Positions 41,401-50,298 of a stretch of 64,000 nt of DNA are shown here, piece by piece. The notes beneath the pieces are model-generated. The model was not told the origin of the DNA. It was given only the letters and a program-made list of their open reading frames with translations, and did no database searches. Made by a program: the position numbers and the translations under genes. Where the stretch lies: assembly GCA_021802825.1 (NCBI GenBank), contig JAJZRG010000011.1, forward strand, positions 2,581 through 66,580. Reading direction: 5' to 3'. Source of the stretch: Chloroflexota bacterium. GTDB taxonomy: Bacteria > Chloroflexota > Limnocylindria > Limnocylindrales > CSP1-4. Position 1 is the first letter of the stretch, and every line of letters begins with the position of its first letter.

Positions 41401-41769
41401 GCGCTGCTTGCACAGCCGGACGAACTCGGCGATCCCGTATGCCTCGATGTCGCGCTTGGACGTGAAGCCCAGTGCCTTCTCGACGTTGACCTCCACCCAC
41501 AGGCCCTGGCAGTCGAACCCGTTCTGGTATCGCTGGTCCTCGCCGAGCATGGCGTGGAAGCGCTGGTAGAGGTCTTTGTAGGTGCGGCCCCAGGCGTGGT
41601 GCACGCCCATCGGGTTGTTCGCCGTGATAGGGCCGTCGAGAAAGCTCCAGCGCGGTCCGCCCGCGTTCTGCGCGCGCAAGCGCGCGAACGTCTTGCGCTC
41701 CGCCCACTCGCGGAGCAGCTCGTGCTCCTGGGCGACGAAGTCGGGTCGGGCGGAGACAGGCTGGAACAT
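38455..41769 (-). CDS. ileS: Isoleucine--tRNA ligase, type 2
   Basis: FLDGPITAN, GFDCQGLWVE, WTTTPWTL, DWMISKKRYYG and PMHKSWGN motifs. Confidence 0.97.
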   Translation of the reverse strand: MFQPVSARPDFVAQEHELLREWAERKTFARLRAQNAGGPRWSFLDGPITANNPMGVHHAWGRTYKDLYQRFHAMLGEDQRYQNGFDCQGLWVEVNVEKALGFTSKRDIEAYGIAEFVRLCKQRVLTYAARQTEQSIRLGYWMDWNDPAELLRLRDLMDQDPAQQATIQGVDGPIADTVEMLVGRLGMPEVGGSYFTFSNENNDLIWGFLAECNRRGWVYRGHDTMPWCPRCGTGLSQMEMNEGYADREDPGLTVRLPLVDRPGEALLVWTTTPWTLAANVAAAVGEDLRYVKVRQGEQVFWLGKGTLKQALRGAFEVLDEVAGRDLAGWRYAGPYDELPAVRASFEEKAYEHRVVLWGEVGEDEGTGIVHIAPGCGAEDFQLGKALGLPVLGPIDEDGRYYEGFGWLSGKDAPEVAEDVVSDLEQRGFFYHLEPYAHRYPHCWRCSTPLLFRLVDEWYISMGPVYEQSRETLSKEQVDASLRYQIMEVVDQIRWIPGFGYERELDWLLNMRDWMISKKRYYGLALPIYDCRACGTFDVVGGREELRSRAVEGWDQFEGHTPHRPYVDAVKIACPKCGEPVARVTDVGNPWLDAGIVPFSTMHFREDPQYWAKWFPADFVSESFPGQFRNWFYAMLAMSTVLRREAPFKTIFGYATLYGEDGRPMHKSWGNAIEFDEAAERMGVDVMRWMYASARPDDNILFGWHAADEARRGLLVLWNVYAFFVTYARLAGWRPADGAPVVAGHPPLDRWILSRAAGTAAAVEARLRDYDAEAATRVLEAFIDDLSTWYLRLSRRRMSRGSGADRDTAFATLHTAIVALARMAAPILPFLSESIYRNLVAAVDPAAPDSVHLSGWPAPELEPLRDPALEDAMAVARRAVDLTRTLRGQAGLKVRQPLATLWLALPGREVGELDALLELVRAEANVKAVERIGDESELVDRGVKVLLPRVGKRLGAKIPAIMTAARAGRFEIHADGSVTIEGETLSPDEVEVQATPRPGTAVAHDDGLVAVIDTTLTPELRAEGDARELQRAIQDLRKEAELDLDARIELWLDGVGTDVLPYLAPVLADTLADAVHHGPPPPEVQSVAVRLESGDARIALRGPGA

Positions 41770-41940
41770 CGGGCCTCGTGCGTCGCGGGCGCGGCTCCCT
41801 CTGGCGGGCCACGGCGGACCCCCAGTCTACGGAAGGTGGGCCGGGTGTGCGGCCGGGTGTCGCTGTCGGAGCCACGCATGGCAGCACGGAGGCTTCAGCA
41901 GAGGGCGCCATACCCTTGCAGCGGCGTATCATCCGGCGCG

Positions 41941-43782
41941 ATGTCGACTCCTGCGCGCCCTCCCCGTTCGGCGCGCACGCGCTCGGCCTTCGGAGCGGCC
42001 TTCCTCTCGCTCGTCTTCCCCGGCCTGGGGCACGCGTACACGGGCGCCTGGGCCAGAGCACTCGCGTTCGTGGCGCTGCCACTGCTCGTCATCGCGGCCG
42101 TCGCCGGTGTCGCGCTGCGCGTCGAGCGATCGGTGTTGGAGGCCTATGCCGTCAACCCCGGCATCCTCAACGGCCTGCTGGTCGCCAATGTCCTCGCGTT
42201 CCTCTACCGCGCTGCGGCTGCGGTCGACGCCTGGACCGTGACGCGCCTCCTGAATGCCGCGGACGGGGCGGCTGACGGCCGGCTGGGCCAGCCGCGGCAA
42301 GCGCTCAACCCGCTCTCGGTCGCAGGTCTGGCTGCCGTCCTGCTGGTCATGGCCGGAGCGCACGTCGCGGTCTGGCACTACGACACCCTGGCGCTCTCGG
42401 TCGTCAGCTGCCTCAACCCGGAGACGGCCGCGTCCAGCTGCGACGCCAGCGCCTCTGGGACGCCAAACCCGTCGGACGGGCTGCCCTCCGATACGGGTAC
42501 CGCGAGCGGTCCGGCGAGCGACGCGCCCGCGGCCAGCACCGCACCCGGCGTCTCCGGTGCGGGCACGCTGGCACCTGCCCTCCCGCCATGGGACGGCACC
42601 AGCCGGCTGAGCATCCTGCTCGTGGGCACTGACGAGCGTCCCTCGAGCGGGAGCTCGGCCAACACCGACACCATGATCGTGGTGTCCATCGACCCCACGA
42701 CCAAGCAGATCGCGATGCTGCAGCTGCCACGCGACATCACCGGCGTGCCCGTGCCGGCGCAGGCGCAGGGCGTCTTCGGCGCCACCTTCCAGGGCAAGAT
42801 CAACACCTGGTACGACAGGAACAGGAATCGCGCGGACCTGTGGCCGGGCAAGACCCCCCAGGCGCGCGGGTTCGCGGCCCTGAAGGCGATCCTCGGCAAC
42901 CTCTACGGCCTCGACATCCAGTACTACGTCAAGGTCAACTTCCAGGGGTTCAAGGACGCTGTGGACACTCTCGGCGGCGTCCAGATCAACGTCCAGATCC
43001 CGGTGGCCGACAACAGCTTCCCGCTCACCGACCAGATCAAGACGCGCGTCTACATCCCTGCCGGGCCCCAGGACATGGACGGCACACAGGCGCTGGTCTA
43101 CGCGCGTTCGCGCCACACTTCCACCGACTTCGACCGCGGCGCCCGCCAGCAGCGCGTCATCCTGTCGCTCAAGAACGAGCTGGACCCTCAGGCCGTGTTC
43201 GGCAACCTGAACGGCCTCGTCGCCGCGCTGAAGAAGTCGGTCAAGACCGACATCCCTATCGGCGACACCCAGACGATGGGCCAACTGCTCCAGCTCGCCT
43301 CCCAGATCGACATCAAGGGCATCCGTTCCTACGTGTTCGCCCCGCCCCGCTTCGCGACGAACCTCTGGCCGGCATCGAGCGATATGCCGATCAAGACGGC
43401 GCAGGTGCGGCAGGCCGTCAAACGGGCGTTCAGCATCAGCCCCTCGCTCCTGGCGCAGCAGGACAAGCTCAGCGCCGAGGGCGCCCAAGTCTGGGTCCTC
43501 GATGGCAAGGGCCTCGCGGCACACGCCTCCAACAACGCCGCCTACCTCGAGTACTTCGGCATGGACGCGTCGGCGCCCGTCAAGGCCGCCAACGTCACGC
43601 CGGGCCAGACGACGATCACGGTCTACAACGGCGCCCAGAGCAAGCTGCCCCAGACGATCAAGTACCTGCAGAGCCTGTATGGCGTGGCGATCACGACCGC
43701 CAGCGACCCGACGGCCACCGCCGACATCGTGATCGTCCTCGGCCGGGACGGGCGCGACTTCGCCATCCTGACCGCCGGGTAG
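41941..43782 (+). CDS. LCP (LytR-CpsA-Psr) family glycopolymer transferase with a LytR C-terminal domain, paralogue 1
   Basis: N-terminal TM helices, ILLVGTD, TDTMIVVSIDP, LPRD, YARSRH and DFDRGARQQ. True start is ATG 41941; the listed 1746 aa ORF is an antisense run-through. Confidence 0.92.
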   Translation: MSTPARPPRSARTRSAFGAAFLSLVFPGLGHAYTGAWARALAFVALPLLVIAAVAGVALRVERSVLEAYAVNPGILNGLLVANVLAFLYRAAAAVDAWTVTRLLNAADGAADGRLGQPRQALNPLSVAGLAAVLLVMAGAHVAVWHYDTLALSVVSCLNPETAASSCDASASGTPNPSDGLPSDTGTASGPASDAPAASTAPGVSGAGTLAPALPPWDGTSRLSILLVGTDERPSSGSSANTDTMIVVSIDPTTKQIAMLQLPRDITGVPVPAQAQGVFGATFQGKINTWYDRNRNRADLWPGKTPQARGFAALKAILGNLYGLDIQYYVKVNFQGFKDAVDTLGGVQINVQIPVADNSFPLTDQIKTRVYIPAGPQDMDGTQALVYARSRHTSTDFDRGARQQRVILSLKNELDPQAVFGNLNGLVAALKKSVKTDIPIGDTQTMGQLLQLASQIDIKGIRSYVFAPPRFATNLWPASSDMPIKTAQVRQAVKRAFSISPSLLAQQDKLSAEGAQVWVLDGKGLAAHASNNAAYLEYFGMDASAPVKAANVTPGQTTITVYNGAQSKLPQTIKYLQSLYGVAITTASDPTATADIVIVLGRDGRDFAILTAG

Positions 43783-43876
43783 CGGGCCGGACAAGCTCGG
43801 CGCCCACGCCGCAAGCGCACCCCGCGAGGACAAGCCACGGACCCGAAGCGGCCCCCCCGGCGTATGATCCGGCCCG

Positions 43877-45718
43877 ATGTCGACGTCCCCGCGCACTCTG
43901 CGCACCCCGTCCGCGCCCCGCTCGCGATCGGCGTTCGCCGCTGCGTTCCTGTCGCTCGTCTTCCCCGGTCTCGGCCACGTGTACGCCGGCGCCCGTGGGC
44001 GCGCGCTCGCCTTCGCGGCCCTGCCCGTGCTCGTGCTCGCGGCCGTCGCCGGGATCGCGCTGCGGGGCGACAAGTTCGAGCTGATCGCCTTCTTCGCCAG
44101 TCCCGGGACGCTCACGGGCCTCCTGGTCTTCAACGTGCTCGCCTTCCTGTACCGCGCGGCGGCAGCGGTCGATGCGTGGAACGTCGCCCGCTTCCTCAAC
44201 GCGGCCGACGCCTCCGGTGACGGCCGCCTCGGCCGTGCACGGATGGCCGTCCACCCGCTGTCGGTCGCGGGCCTCGCAGCCGTCCTCCTCGTGATGTCGG
44301 GCGCGCATCTCGCCGTCTGGCGGTACGACGCGCTGGCACTCTCCGTCTTCAGCTGCATCAACCCCGAGACGGCCGACTCAAGCTGCACCGCGGGTAACAC
44401 CGGAACGCCCAACCCCTCGGATGCGGTGCCGTCGGACGGCTCCGCCGGAAGCGCCCCGCCGTCGGCAAACCTCCAGACGCCGATGGGCTCGAGCGCGGGC
44501 GGGGCGCCTGCCGCGACCCTCCCCCCGTGGGATGGCACCAGCAGGCTCAACATCCTGCTCATCGGCACGGACCAGCGGAAGGCGACCGACACGTCGTTCA
44601 ACACCGACACGCTCATCGTCGTCTCGATCGACCCCGCGACCAAGCAGGTCGCCATGCTCCAGCTGCCCCGCGACACGTCCGGGGTGCCGGTCCCGCCCGT
44701 CGCCCAGGGCCAGTGGGGGCCCACCTACAAGAACAAGATCACCTCCTGGTTCGACTACAACCAGAACCTCAGGATCTGGCCCGGCAACAGTGCGCAGACA
44801 CGTGGGTTCAACGCGCTCAAGTCAATCCTGGGCAACCTCTACGGGCTGCAGATCCAGTACTACGTGAAGGTTGACTTCAAAGGGTTCGTGGACGCGATCG
44901 ACACGCTCGGCGGCGTCCAGATCAACGTCCAGATCCCCGTCGCCGAGAATGACTTCCCGCTGACTGACCAGATCAAGACCCGCGTCTACATCCCGGCCGG
45001 TCCCCAGGAGATGGACGGGACGGAGGCACTCGTTTACGCACGCTCCCGGCACGGGTCCGACGACTTCGACCGCGGGCACCGCCAGCAGCGGGTGGTCCTG
45101 TCGGTCAAGAACGAACTCGACCCGCAGTCCGTCTTCCAGAACCTCGACGGACTGGTCGCGGCCCTGAAGAGCGCCATCAGCACGGACTTCCCGATCGGCG
45201 ACACGCAGACGATGGGCAGACTCCTGCAGCTCGCATCCGAGATCGACACCAAGAGCATCCGCTCCTACGTGTTCTCGCCCCCCTACTTCGCCACGGACAT
45301 GTGGCCGGTGTCGAGCGACGTCATCATCAACACGGCGCGCGTCCAGCAGGCGGTCAGGCAGGCGTTCAGCATCAGCCCGTCGGTCCTCGCCCTCCAGGAG
45401 TCGCTCGCCGGCGAGGCGGCCCGCGTGTGGGTCGAGGACGGCAGGAACGGTCCCGGGCTGGCGGCGAACAACGCCGCCTACCTGGCCTATTTCGGCATCG
45501 ACGCCTCAGCGCCCACGCAGCTCGCCCCCACCACGCCTGCCCACACGACGATCACTGTCTACAACGGAGCGGAGACGAGGCTCTCGGCGACGATCAAGTA
45601 CTTGCAGAGCCTCTACGGGGTGACCGTCCAGACGGCGACCGACGCGGCCGTCAAGGCCGACATCGTGATCCTCATGGGCAGAGACGCGCGCCAGATGACG
45701 GTGCCCACCGCGGGCTGA
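43877..45718 (+). CDS. LCP family protein, paralogue 2
   Basis: Same architecture and nearly the same length as paralogue 1; TDTLIVVSIDP, LPRD, YARSRH and DFDRGHRQQ. Confidence 0.92.
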   Translation: MSTSPRTLRTPSAPRSRSAFAAAFLSLVFPGLGHVYAGARGRALAFAALPVLVLAAVAGIALRGDKFELIAFFASPGTLTGLLVFNVLAFLYRAAAAVDAWNVARFLNAADASGDGRLGRARMAVHPLSVAGLAAVLLVMSGAHLAVWRYDALALSVFSCINPETADSSCTAGNTGTPNPSDAVPSDGSAGSAPPSANLQTPMGSSAGGAPAATLPPWDGTSRLNILLIGTDQRKATDTSFNTDTLIVVSIDPATKQVAMLQLPRDTSGVPVPPVAQGQWGPTYKNKITSWFDYNQNLRIWPGNSAQTRGFNALKSILGNLYGLQIQYYVKVDFKGFVDAIDTLGGVQINVQIPVAENDFPLTDQIKTRVYIPAGPQEMDGTEALVYARSRHGSDDFDRGHRQQRVVLSVKNELDPQSVFQNLDGLVAALKSAISTDFPIGDTQTMGRLLQLASEIDTKSIRSYVFSPPYFATDMWPVSSDVIINTARVQQAVRQAFSISPSVLALQESLAGEAARVWVEDGRNGPGLAANNAAYLAYFGIDASAPTQLAPTTPAHTTITVYNGAETRLSATIKYLQSLYGVTVQTATDAAVKADIVILMGRDARQMTVPTAG

Positions 45719-45783
45719 CCGCCCCCCTGCTCGGCTTCCTCGCCCGGCTCCCTGATCGGCGTCAGCCGGGGGGCGCTCGCCGG

Positions 45784-46737
45784 TCAGATGGGCGTGAGCC
45801 AGCTCTTGTACTGCGGCAACTTGCCGCGCACCGCGTCGAAGTACGTCTCGCTGATGCGCCGCGAGATCGGCCCGATCTGGCCGCTGCCCACCGCGCGGTG
45901 GTCCACCTCGATCGCCGCGCTCACCTGGACGCCGGTCCCGCACAGGAACACCTCGTCGCAGACGTAGAGCTCGGAGCGGTCGATGGACCGGACCTCGGTG
46001 GGGATGCCGAGGTCCGCCGCGAGGGTCAGGATCGCCTTGCGCGTGACCCCCTCGAGGATGTCGTCGGACACGGGCGGCGTGATCAGCGTGCCGCTGCGGA
46101 CCATGTACAGGTTTGCCGCCGACGCCTCGGACGCGTGGCCGCTGGGCGTGAGGACGAGGGCCTCGTCGTAGCCGTTGAGCTCGGCCTCCGACTTCTGGAA
46201 CGCCATGTTGACGTAGCCGCCCACGATCTTGCCCCGGGCCGGCAGCGCCTCGTCGGCGTTGCGGCGCCACGACGAGGTCATGAGGCGGATGCCCTTCTCG
46301 ATGTCCACGTAGTTGCCGAACGGCGTGGCAATCACGTACAGCTGGTGATCGAGGTGGTGGAGCTTGACGCCGATCGCCCGGGTGCTCTTGTAGAACGAGG
46401 GCCGGATGTAGGCGTCCTCGTGGAACCCGTTGCGCCTGATCGTCTCGACCACGATGGCGAACAGCTCGTCCACCGACGGCACCGGGTCCATCAGCAGCAT
46501 CTTGGCCGAGTTGCGGAGGCGCTCGAGGTGCTCGCGGATGAACAGGCCGTAGAGCTGGCCCTGCTCGGCGTTCCAGTAGCCGCGGATGCCCTCGAAGGTC
46601 GCGGTCCCGTACATGAACGCGTGGGTCATGATGCTGACCTTGGCGTCCTTGAGGGCCACGTAGTCGCCCTCGAAGTAGGCGATCAGCTCGTCGAGAGGGC
46701 GGGGCTGCGGGGTGGCGGACGGCTGCTGGGTGAGCAT
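45784..46737 (-). CDS. ilvE: Branched-chain amino acid aminotransferase
   Basis: YGTATFEGIRGY, GKIVGGY, EASAANLY, ILEGVTRK and EVFLCGTG motifs. Start placed at ATG 46737. Confidence 0.95.
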   Translation of the reverse strand: MLTQQPSATPQPRPLDELIAYFEGDYVALKDAKVSIMTHAFMYGTATFEGIRGYWNAEQGQLYGLFIREHLERLRNSAKMLLMDPVPSVDELFAIVVETIRRNGFHEDAYIRPSFYKSTRAIGVKLHHLDHQLYVIATPFGNYVDIEKGIRLMTSSWRRNADEALPARGKIVGGYVNMAFQKSEAELNGYDEALVLTPSGHASEASAANLYMVRSGTLITPPVSDDILEGVTRKAILTLAADLGIPTEVRSIDRSELYVCDEVFLCGTGVQVSAAIEVDHRAVGSGQIGPISRRISETYFDAVRGKLPQYKSWLTPI

Positions 46738-46851
46738 CAGCGGGCTCCAACTGGAGTAGCGGCGAGGGCCGCGCGGGGCCCTGTACGGTGCCAAGACTCT
46801 AGCACGCGGGTCCCGTCGACTCGGCTGGCGGCGCTGCTCCCCGGGGCCTCC

Positions 46852-46992
46852 GCTCGCTCTGCGAGGCAGCGGAACCGTGCGCGGTCCGGGCCGCTCGCTG
46901 CGTGTAACGCCGGGCGCGCGCCGCGGCCGGGCGGCTCGCCTGGCGGGTGACGTGACCCGCAGGCTGTTCGGTTCGCTCGCTGGGCGAGGCAG
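46852..46992. repeat. Short direct repeats plus hairpin in the intergenic region
   Basis: GCTCGCT(CT/GG)GCGAGGCAG at 46852-46869 and 46975-46992; hairpin at 46938-46964. Confidence 0.45.
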
Positions 46993-47071
46993 GGCGATCG
47001 CCGCTCGTCGCTCGAGGTCCCACACCCACACGCGGAGCGCCGGCCTCCCGGCGAAGCACCCCGCTGGGCTC

Positions 47072-48133
47072 TCAGCCCAGGTGGAGCGTCCCGGTCAGCT
47101 GCCCCACCACAAGCGCGAGATAGGCCGCGTACAGCAGGCCGCCCACGAGCAGCGCCTTGCCGTCGAGCTTGTGCCGTCGCGCCATCGGCCCGAACACGGC
47201 GGCCACGGCGACCAGCGAGATGAGCGCGGAGGTGAAGGCGAGGGCGCTGTCGGACGAGACGTGCCAGGCGGAGCCTGCGAGCACCAGAGCGACGATGGTC
47301 GGGATCGCTGACTGGAAGACCATCGCGCCGGTGATGTTGCCCATCGCGAGCGTGTCCTTGCCCTGGCGCACCCAGATCAGGCTGTTGAACTTCTCGGGCA
47401 GCTCGGTCGCGATGGGCGCGATGACGAGCGCGAGAAGCAGCTCGGAGACGCCCAGCGACTGCGCGATCGAATTGACGGCACCCACGAACAGGTACGCGCC
47501 GCCGATGATGCACGCGAGCGCGGCCAGCACCTGCACACTGACGATCCGCAGGCGGGGCACGGACGGGTCAGCGAGATGGCCGTTCCAGTCGAAGCGGTGG
47601 AAGCGCAGCGGCGCCAGATCCTCCTCGCCAGCCTTGTGCTCTGCGTCGAAGTGGCCCTTCACGTAGACCACGTAGATCGCCGCGAGGGCGACCGCGACCA
47701 GCCACTTCACGGGCGCGAGGGGCTCGGGAAGGAACGCAGCCGCGATCGCCAGCGCGTAGGCGACGACGAAATAGCGGATGTCGTGGACGAGCACGCCCGT
47801 GTCCACGGTCATCACGCTGCCGGTCGGCCGCCGGCCCCGGTACGCCAGCACGCCTATCCCCGTGACGAACATCGCGAGGGTCGAGAGCATGAACGGCGCC
47901 CCCAGAACCGCGCCGATGCCCACGTCGTCGGTCGCCGCACCGCCGCCCCCGAAGCCGATCGCGATGATGGGGATCATCGTTTCGGGCAGAGCCGTGCCCA
48001 CCGCCGCGAGCACCGACCCCACGGCGCCCTCGGCCAGCTCGAGCTTGCGCCCGAACCATTCGATGCCATTGGTGAACAGCTCGGCACCGGCGAGGATCAC
48101 GAAGAACGCGATGACAAGCAGGACGGCGTCCAC
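47072..48133 (-). CDS. Sodium:calcium antiporter family protein
   Basis: Two alpha repeats (AVGTALPE and IATELPE), GNITGA, about 10 TM helices. Confidence 0.88.
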   Translation of the reverse strand: MDAVLLVIAFFVILAGAELFTNGIEWFGRKLELAEGAVGSVLAAVGTALPETMIPIIAIGFGGGGAATDDVGIGAVLGAPFMLSTLAMFVTGIGVLAYRGRRPTGSVMTVDTGVLVHDIRYFVVAYALAIAAAFLPEPLAPVKWLVAVALAAIYVVYVKGHFDAEHKAGEEDLAPLRFHRFDWNGHLADPSVPRLRIVSVQVLAALACIIGGAYLFVGAVNSIAQSLGVSELLLALVIAPIATELPEKFNSLIWVRQGKDTLAMGNITGAMVFQSAIPTIVALVLAGSAWHVSSDSALAFTSALISLVAVAAVFGPMARRHKLDGKALLVGGLLYAAYLALVVGQLTGTLHLG

Positions 48134-48134
48134 G

Positions 48135-48554
48135 TCAGCGCCCCAGGCCGAGCGCGGCGACGACCGATGCGCCGATCACGAGCAGGACGAGGACCGACAC
48201 CAGCGCCAACCGCCGGTCGCCCGCGCCGAGGAACCCGGCGCCGGACACGACGACCCGGCCGAGCGGCAGCACGACGGCGAAGGTCAGGCCGGCCCACAGG
48301 AAGCCCTCCGGCTGGAGCGCCAGGAGCTGCCCGGGAATGGCCGTGACGGAGTACCCCGGCTGCGCCGCGTCGGTCGGGTCAACGCCGGCTAGGAACATCC
48401 CGACCACGCCGACGAGGACGAAGCCGAGCGCAAGGCGCGTTCCCCACGTGAGGAGACGCGCTGCGATCGTCTCGATGCCCGCGGCCGCCTCGATGCCCCC
48501 AGCCGTCTTGTCGACGGTCGCCGGAGGCGGCGTGGCGGTCGCGCGGGCGCTCAC
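48135..48554 (-). CDS. DUF1634-like membrane protein
   Basis: IAARLLTWG...LAL, GLTFAVVLPLGRVV; adjacent to a TauE gene, the usual pairing. Confidence 0.7.
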   Translation of the reverse strand: MSARATATPPPATVDKTAGGIEAAAGIETIAARLLTWGTRLALGFVLVGVVGMFLAGVDPTDAAQPGYSVTAIPGQLLALQPEGFLWAGLTFAVVLPLGRVVVSGAGFLGAGDRRLALVSVLVLLVIGASVVAALGLGR

Positions 48555-49399
48555 AGCCCGAGCGCCTTCTGCGCCATCTGGATGGCGGTGTAAGCGAGGA
48601 CGATCACGAACAGCCAGCGCAGGATCCGCGCGTCGATGCGATGCGCGATGCGCGTGCCCACCATAGCGCCCGCGAAGACGCCCAGCGCGGTCGGCCCACC
48701 GACGAACGGGTCGAGTTGGCCGCGGAGCAGGTAGATCACCGCCGATGACGTGGCGGTGATGCCGATCATCATGTTGCTGGTCGCGGTCGCGACCTTGAGC
48801 GGCACGCCCATGAGCAGGTGCATCGTGGGCACCTTGACGATCCCACCGCCGACGCCGAGCAGCGCCGACACGAGCCCCGCGAACAGCGACCCCGTAACGC
48901 CCAGGGGCAGGCTGTGGACGCGGTAGCCGGGGCCCGAGAGCGTGTCGATGAAGGGCCTGCCGGCCGGCTCGGGCACGATCAGCGAGGGCGTGACGCTCGT
49001 CCCTGGGCCAGGGGCGATCGCGGCCATGGCAGGCGCGTCGTCGCGGCGACGGAGCATCGAGACCCCCACCCAGACCAAGAGCGCGGCGAACAGCCCGGCG
49101 AGCGCCTGCTCCGAGAGCAGGAACGCGACGAGACCGCCGATGAGGGCGCCCAAGGCCGAGAAGAGCTCGAGCACCATCCCCAAGCGCAGGTTGGCGACGT
49201 GCCGCTGGAGGTAAACGCCGGCTGACGCGCTCGAGGTGACGATCACCGACACCAGCGACACGGCGACGGCCTCGCGCAGCGGCAGCCCGAAGCCGAGCGT
49301 GAGCAGGGGCACGATCAGGATGCCGCCGCCCAGACCAAGCAACGAGCCGAACACGCCGGCGGCAGCGCCGCCGGCGAGCAGGACCAGCGCGGCGATCAC
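48551..49399 (-). CDS. Sulfite exporter TauE/SafE family protein
   Basis: GSLLGLGGGILIVP and SALLGVGGGIVKVP...ATATS repeats. Start placed at GTG 49399. Confidence 0.9.
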   Translation of the reverse strand: MIAALVLLAGGAAAGVFGSLLGLGGGILIVPLLTLGFGLPLREAVAVSLVSVIVTSSASAGVYLQRHVANLRLGMVLELFSALGALIGGLVAFLLSEQALAGLFAALLVWVGVSMLRRRDDAPAMAAIAPGPGTSVTPSLIVPEPAGRPFIDTLSGPGYRVHSLPLGVTGSLFAGLVSALLGVGGGIVKVPTMHLLMGVPLKVATATSNMMIGITATSSAVIYLLRGQLDPFVGGPTALGVFAGAMVGTRIAHRIDARILRWLFVIVLAYTAIQMAQKALGL

Positions 49400-49454
49400 C
49401 GGGACGCTGCCGGCCGAGGGGCGCCTCGGATGACCGGGCCGCGCATGGTCGGGG

Positions 49455-49721
49455 TTATGGGCGCAGGTGCTGCGGCGCGTACGGGAGCAGCGCCACGTGC
49501 CGGGCCCGCTTGAGGGCGACGGCCAGCTCACGCTGGTGTGCCGCGCAGGTGCCGGTCTTGCGGCGGGGCTCGATCTTCGCGCGCTCGGACAGGTACCGGC
49601 GGAGGCGGTTGACCTCTTTGTAGTCGATCGCGACCGTCTTGTCGGCGCAGAAGGAGCAGACCTTGCGGCGCCGGCGGTCGCGGTAGTAGTCGTCGCGCTT
49701 CTTCGTTCGGGAGGGGGGCAT
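49455..49721 (-). CDS. rpsR: 30S ribosomal protein S18 (Zn-binding form)
   Basis: RRKVCSFC...IDYK...TGTCAAHQR...ARHVALLPY. Confidence 0.98.
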   Translation of the reverse strand: MPPSRTKKRDDYYRDRRRRKVCSFCADKTVAIDYKEVNRLRRYLSERAKIEPRRKTGTCAAHQRELAVALKRARHVALLPYAPQHLRP

Positions 49722-49787
49722 GTCGGGTGTGTCTCCAGGTGGTGGCGGCTCAGCCGCCGCAGCGGCCCGTGGGCCGCGGGGTCGTCG

Positions 49788-50282
49788 TCAGAAGGGCAGG
49801 TCGTCCAAGTCGTCGTCGGACGGCCTGACAGGGGGAGCCTGCCGGGTGGGGCGCACGGCCTCGCCGCCGCCCGAGGGGCCAGCCGCGCCACCGCCCGAGA
49901 ACCCGCCGGCGGGTAAGCCGCCGAGGGAGCCGGCCTGGTCGTCGGCACCCGGGCGGTCGAGGCTCACGACGGAGTCCGCGGTGATCTCGAGCGAAACCCG
50001 GTGCTGGCCGTCGCGCGCGTCGTACTCGCGGGTCCGGAACCGGCCCTCGACGAACACGCGATTGCCCTTGCGGAGCTGCTCGGCGGTGCGCTCGGCGCGA
50101 TCGCCCCAGACGGTGACGCGGAACCAGTCGGTCGCCTCGACCCACTCGTTGGTCTGCTGGTTCTTCGTGCTCTGGTTCACCGCCACGCTGAACTCCGTCA
50201 CCGGACGGCCGTTCGGCGTGTAGCGCATCTCGGGATCACGCCCGAGGTTGCCGATGATCATGACCTTCGAGAAGGACGCCAT
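49788..50282 (-). CDS. ssb: Single-stranded DNA-binding protein
   Basis: KVMIIGNLGRDPEMRYTP, WFRVTVWG and C-terminal DDLPF. Confidence 0.98.
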   Translation of the reverse strand: MASFSKVMIIGNLGRDPEMRYTPNGRPVTEFSVAVNQSTKNQQTNEWVEATDWFRVTVWGDRAERTAEQLRKGNRVFVEGRFRTREYDARDGQHRVSLEITADSVVSLDRPGADDQAGSLGGLPAGGFSGGGAAGPSGGGEAVRPTRQAPPVRPSDDDLDDLPF

Positions 50283-50298
50283 CGTGCGCGCTCCCTGT

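Noticed and set aside
41770-41940. T-box riboswitch upstream of ileS
   Set aside because: The likely -10 (TAGACT) leaves a leader of only ~55 nt, and no T-box consensus is present.
38542-43782. 1746 aa plus-strand ORF
   Set aside because: The first ~1130 codons are the stop-free antisense shadow of ileS, common at this GC content. Only the part from ATG 41941 is a real LCP gene.
46738-47071. Attenuator or leader peptide upstream of ilvE
   Set aside because: No Leu/Ile/Val-rich leader ORF or T-box; an extended -10 (TGCTAGAGT) lies about 60 nt before the start.
49455-49721. Zn-binding forms of S18, L28 and L32 as a zinc-regulation signal
   Set aside because: These Cys-containing forms are the ordinary ancestral versions; no Zn-free paralogues or Zur box are visible.
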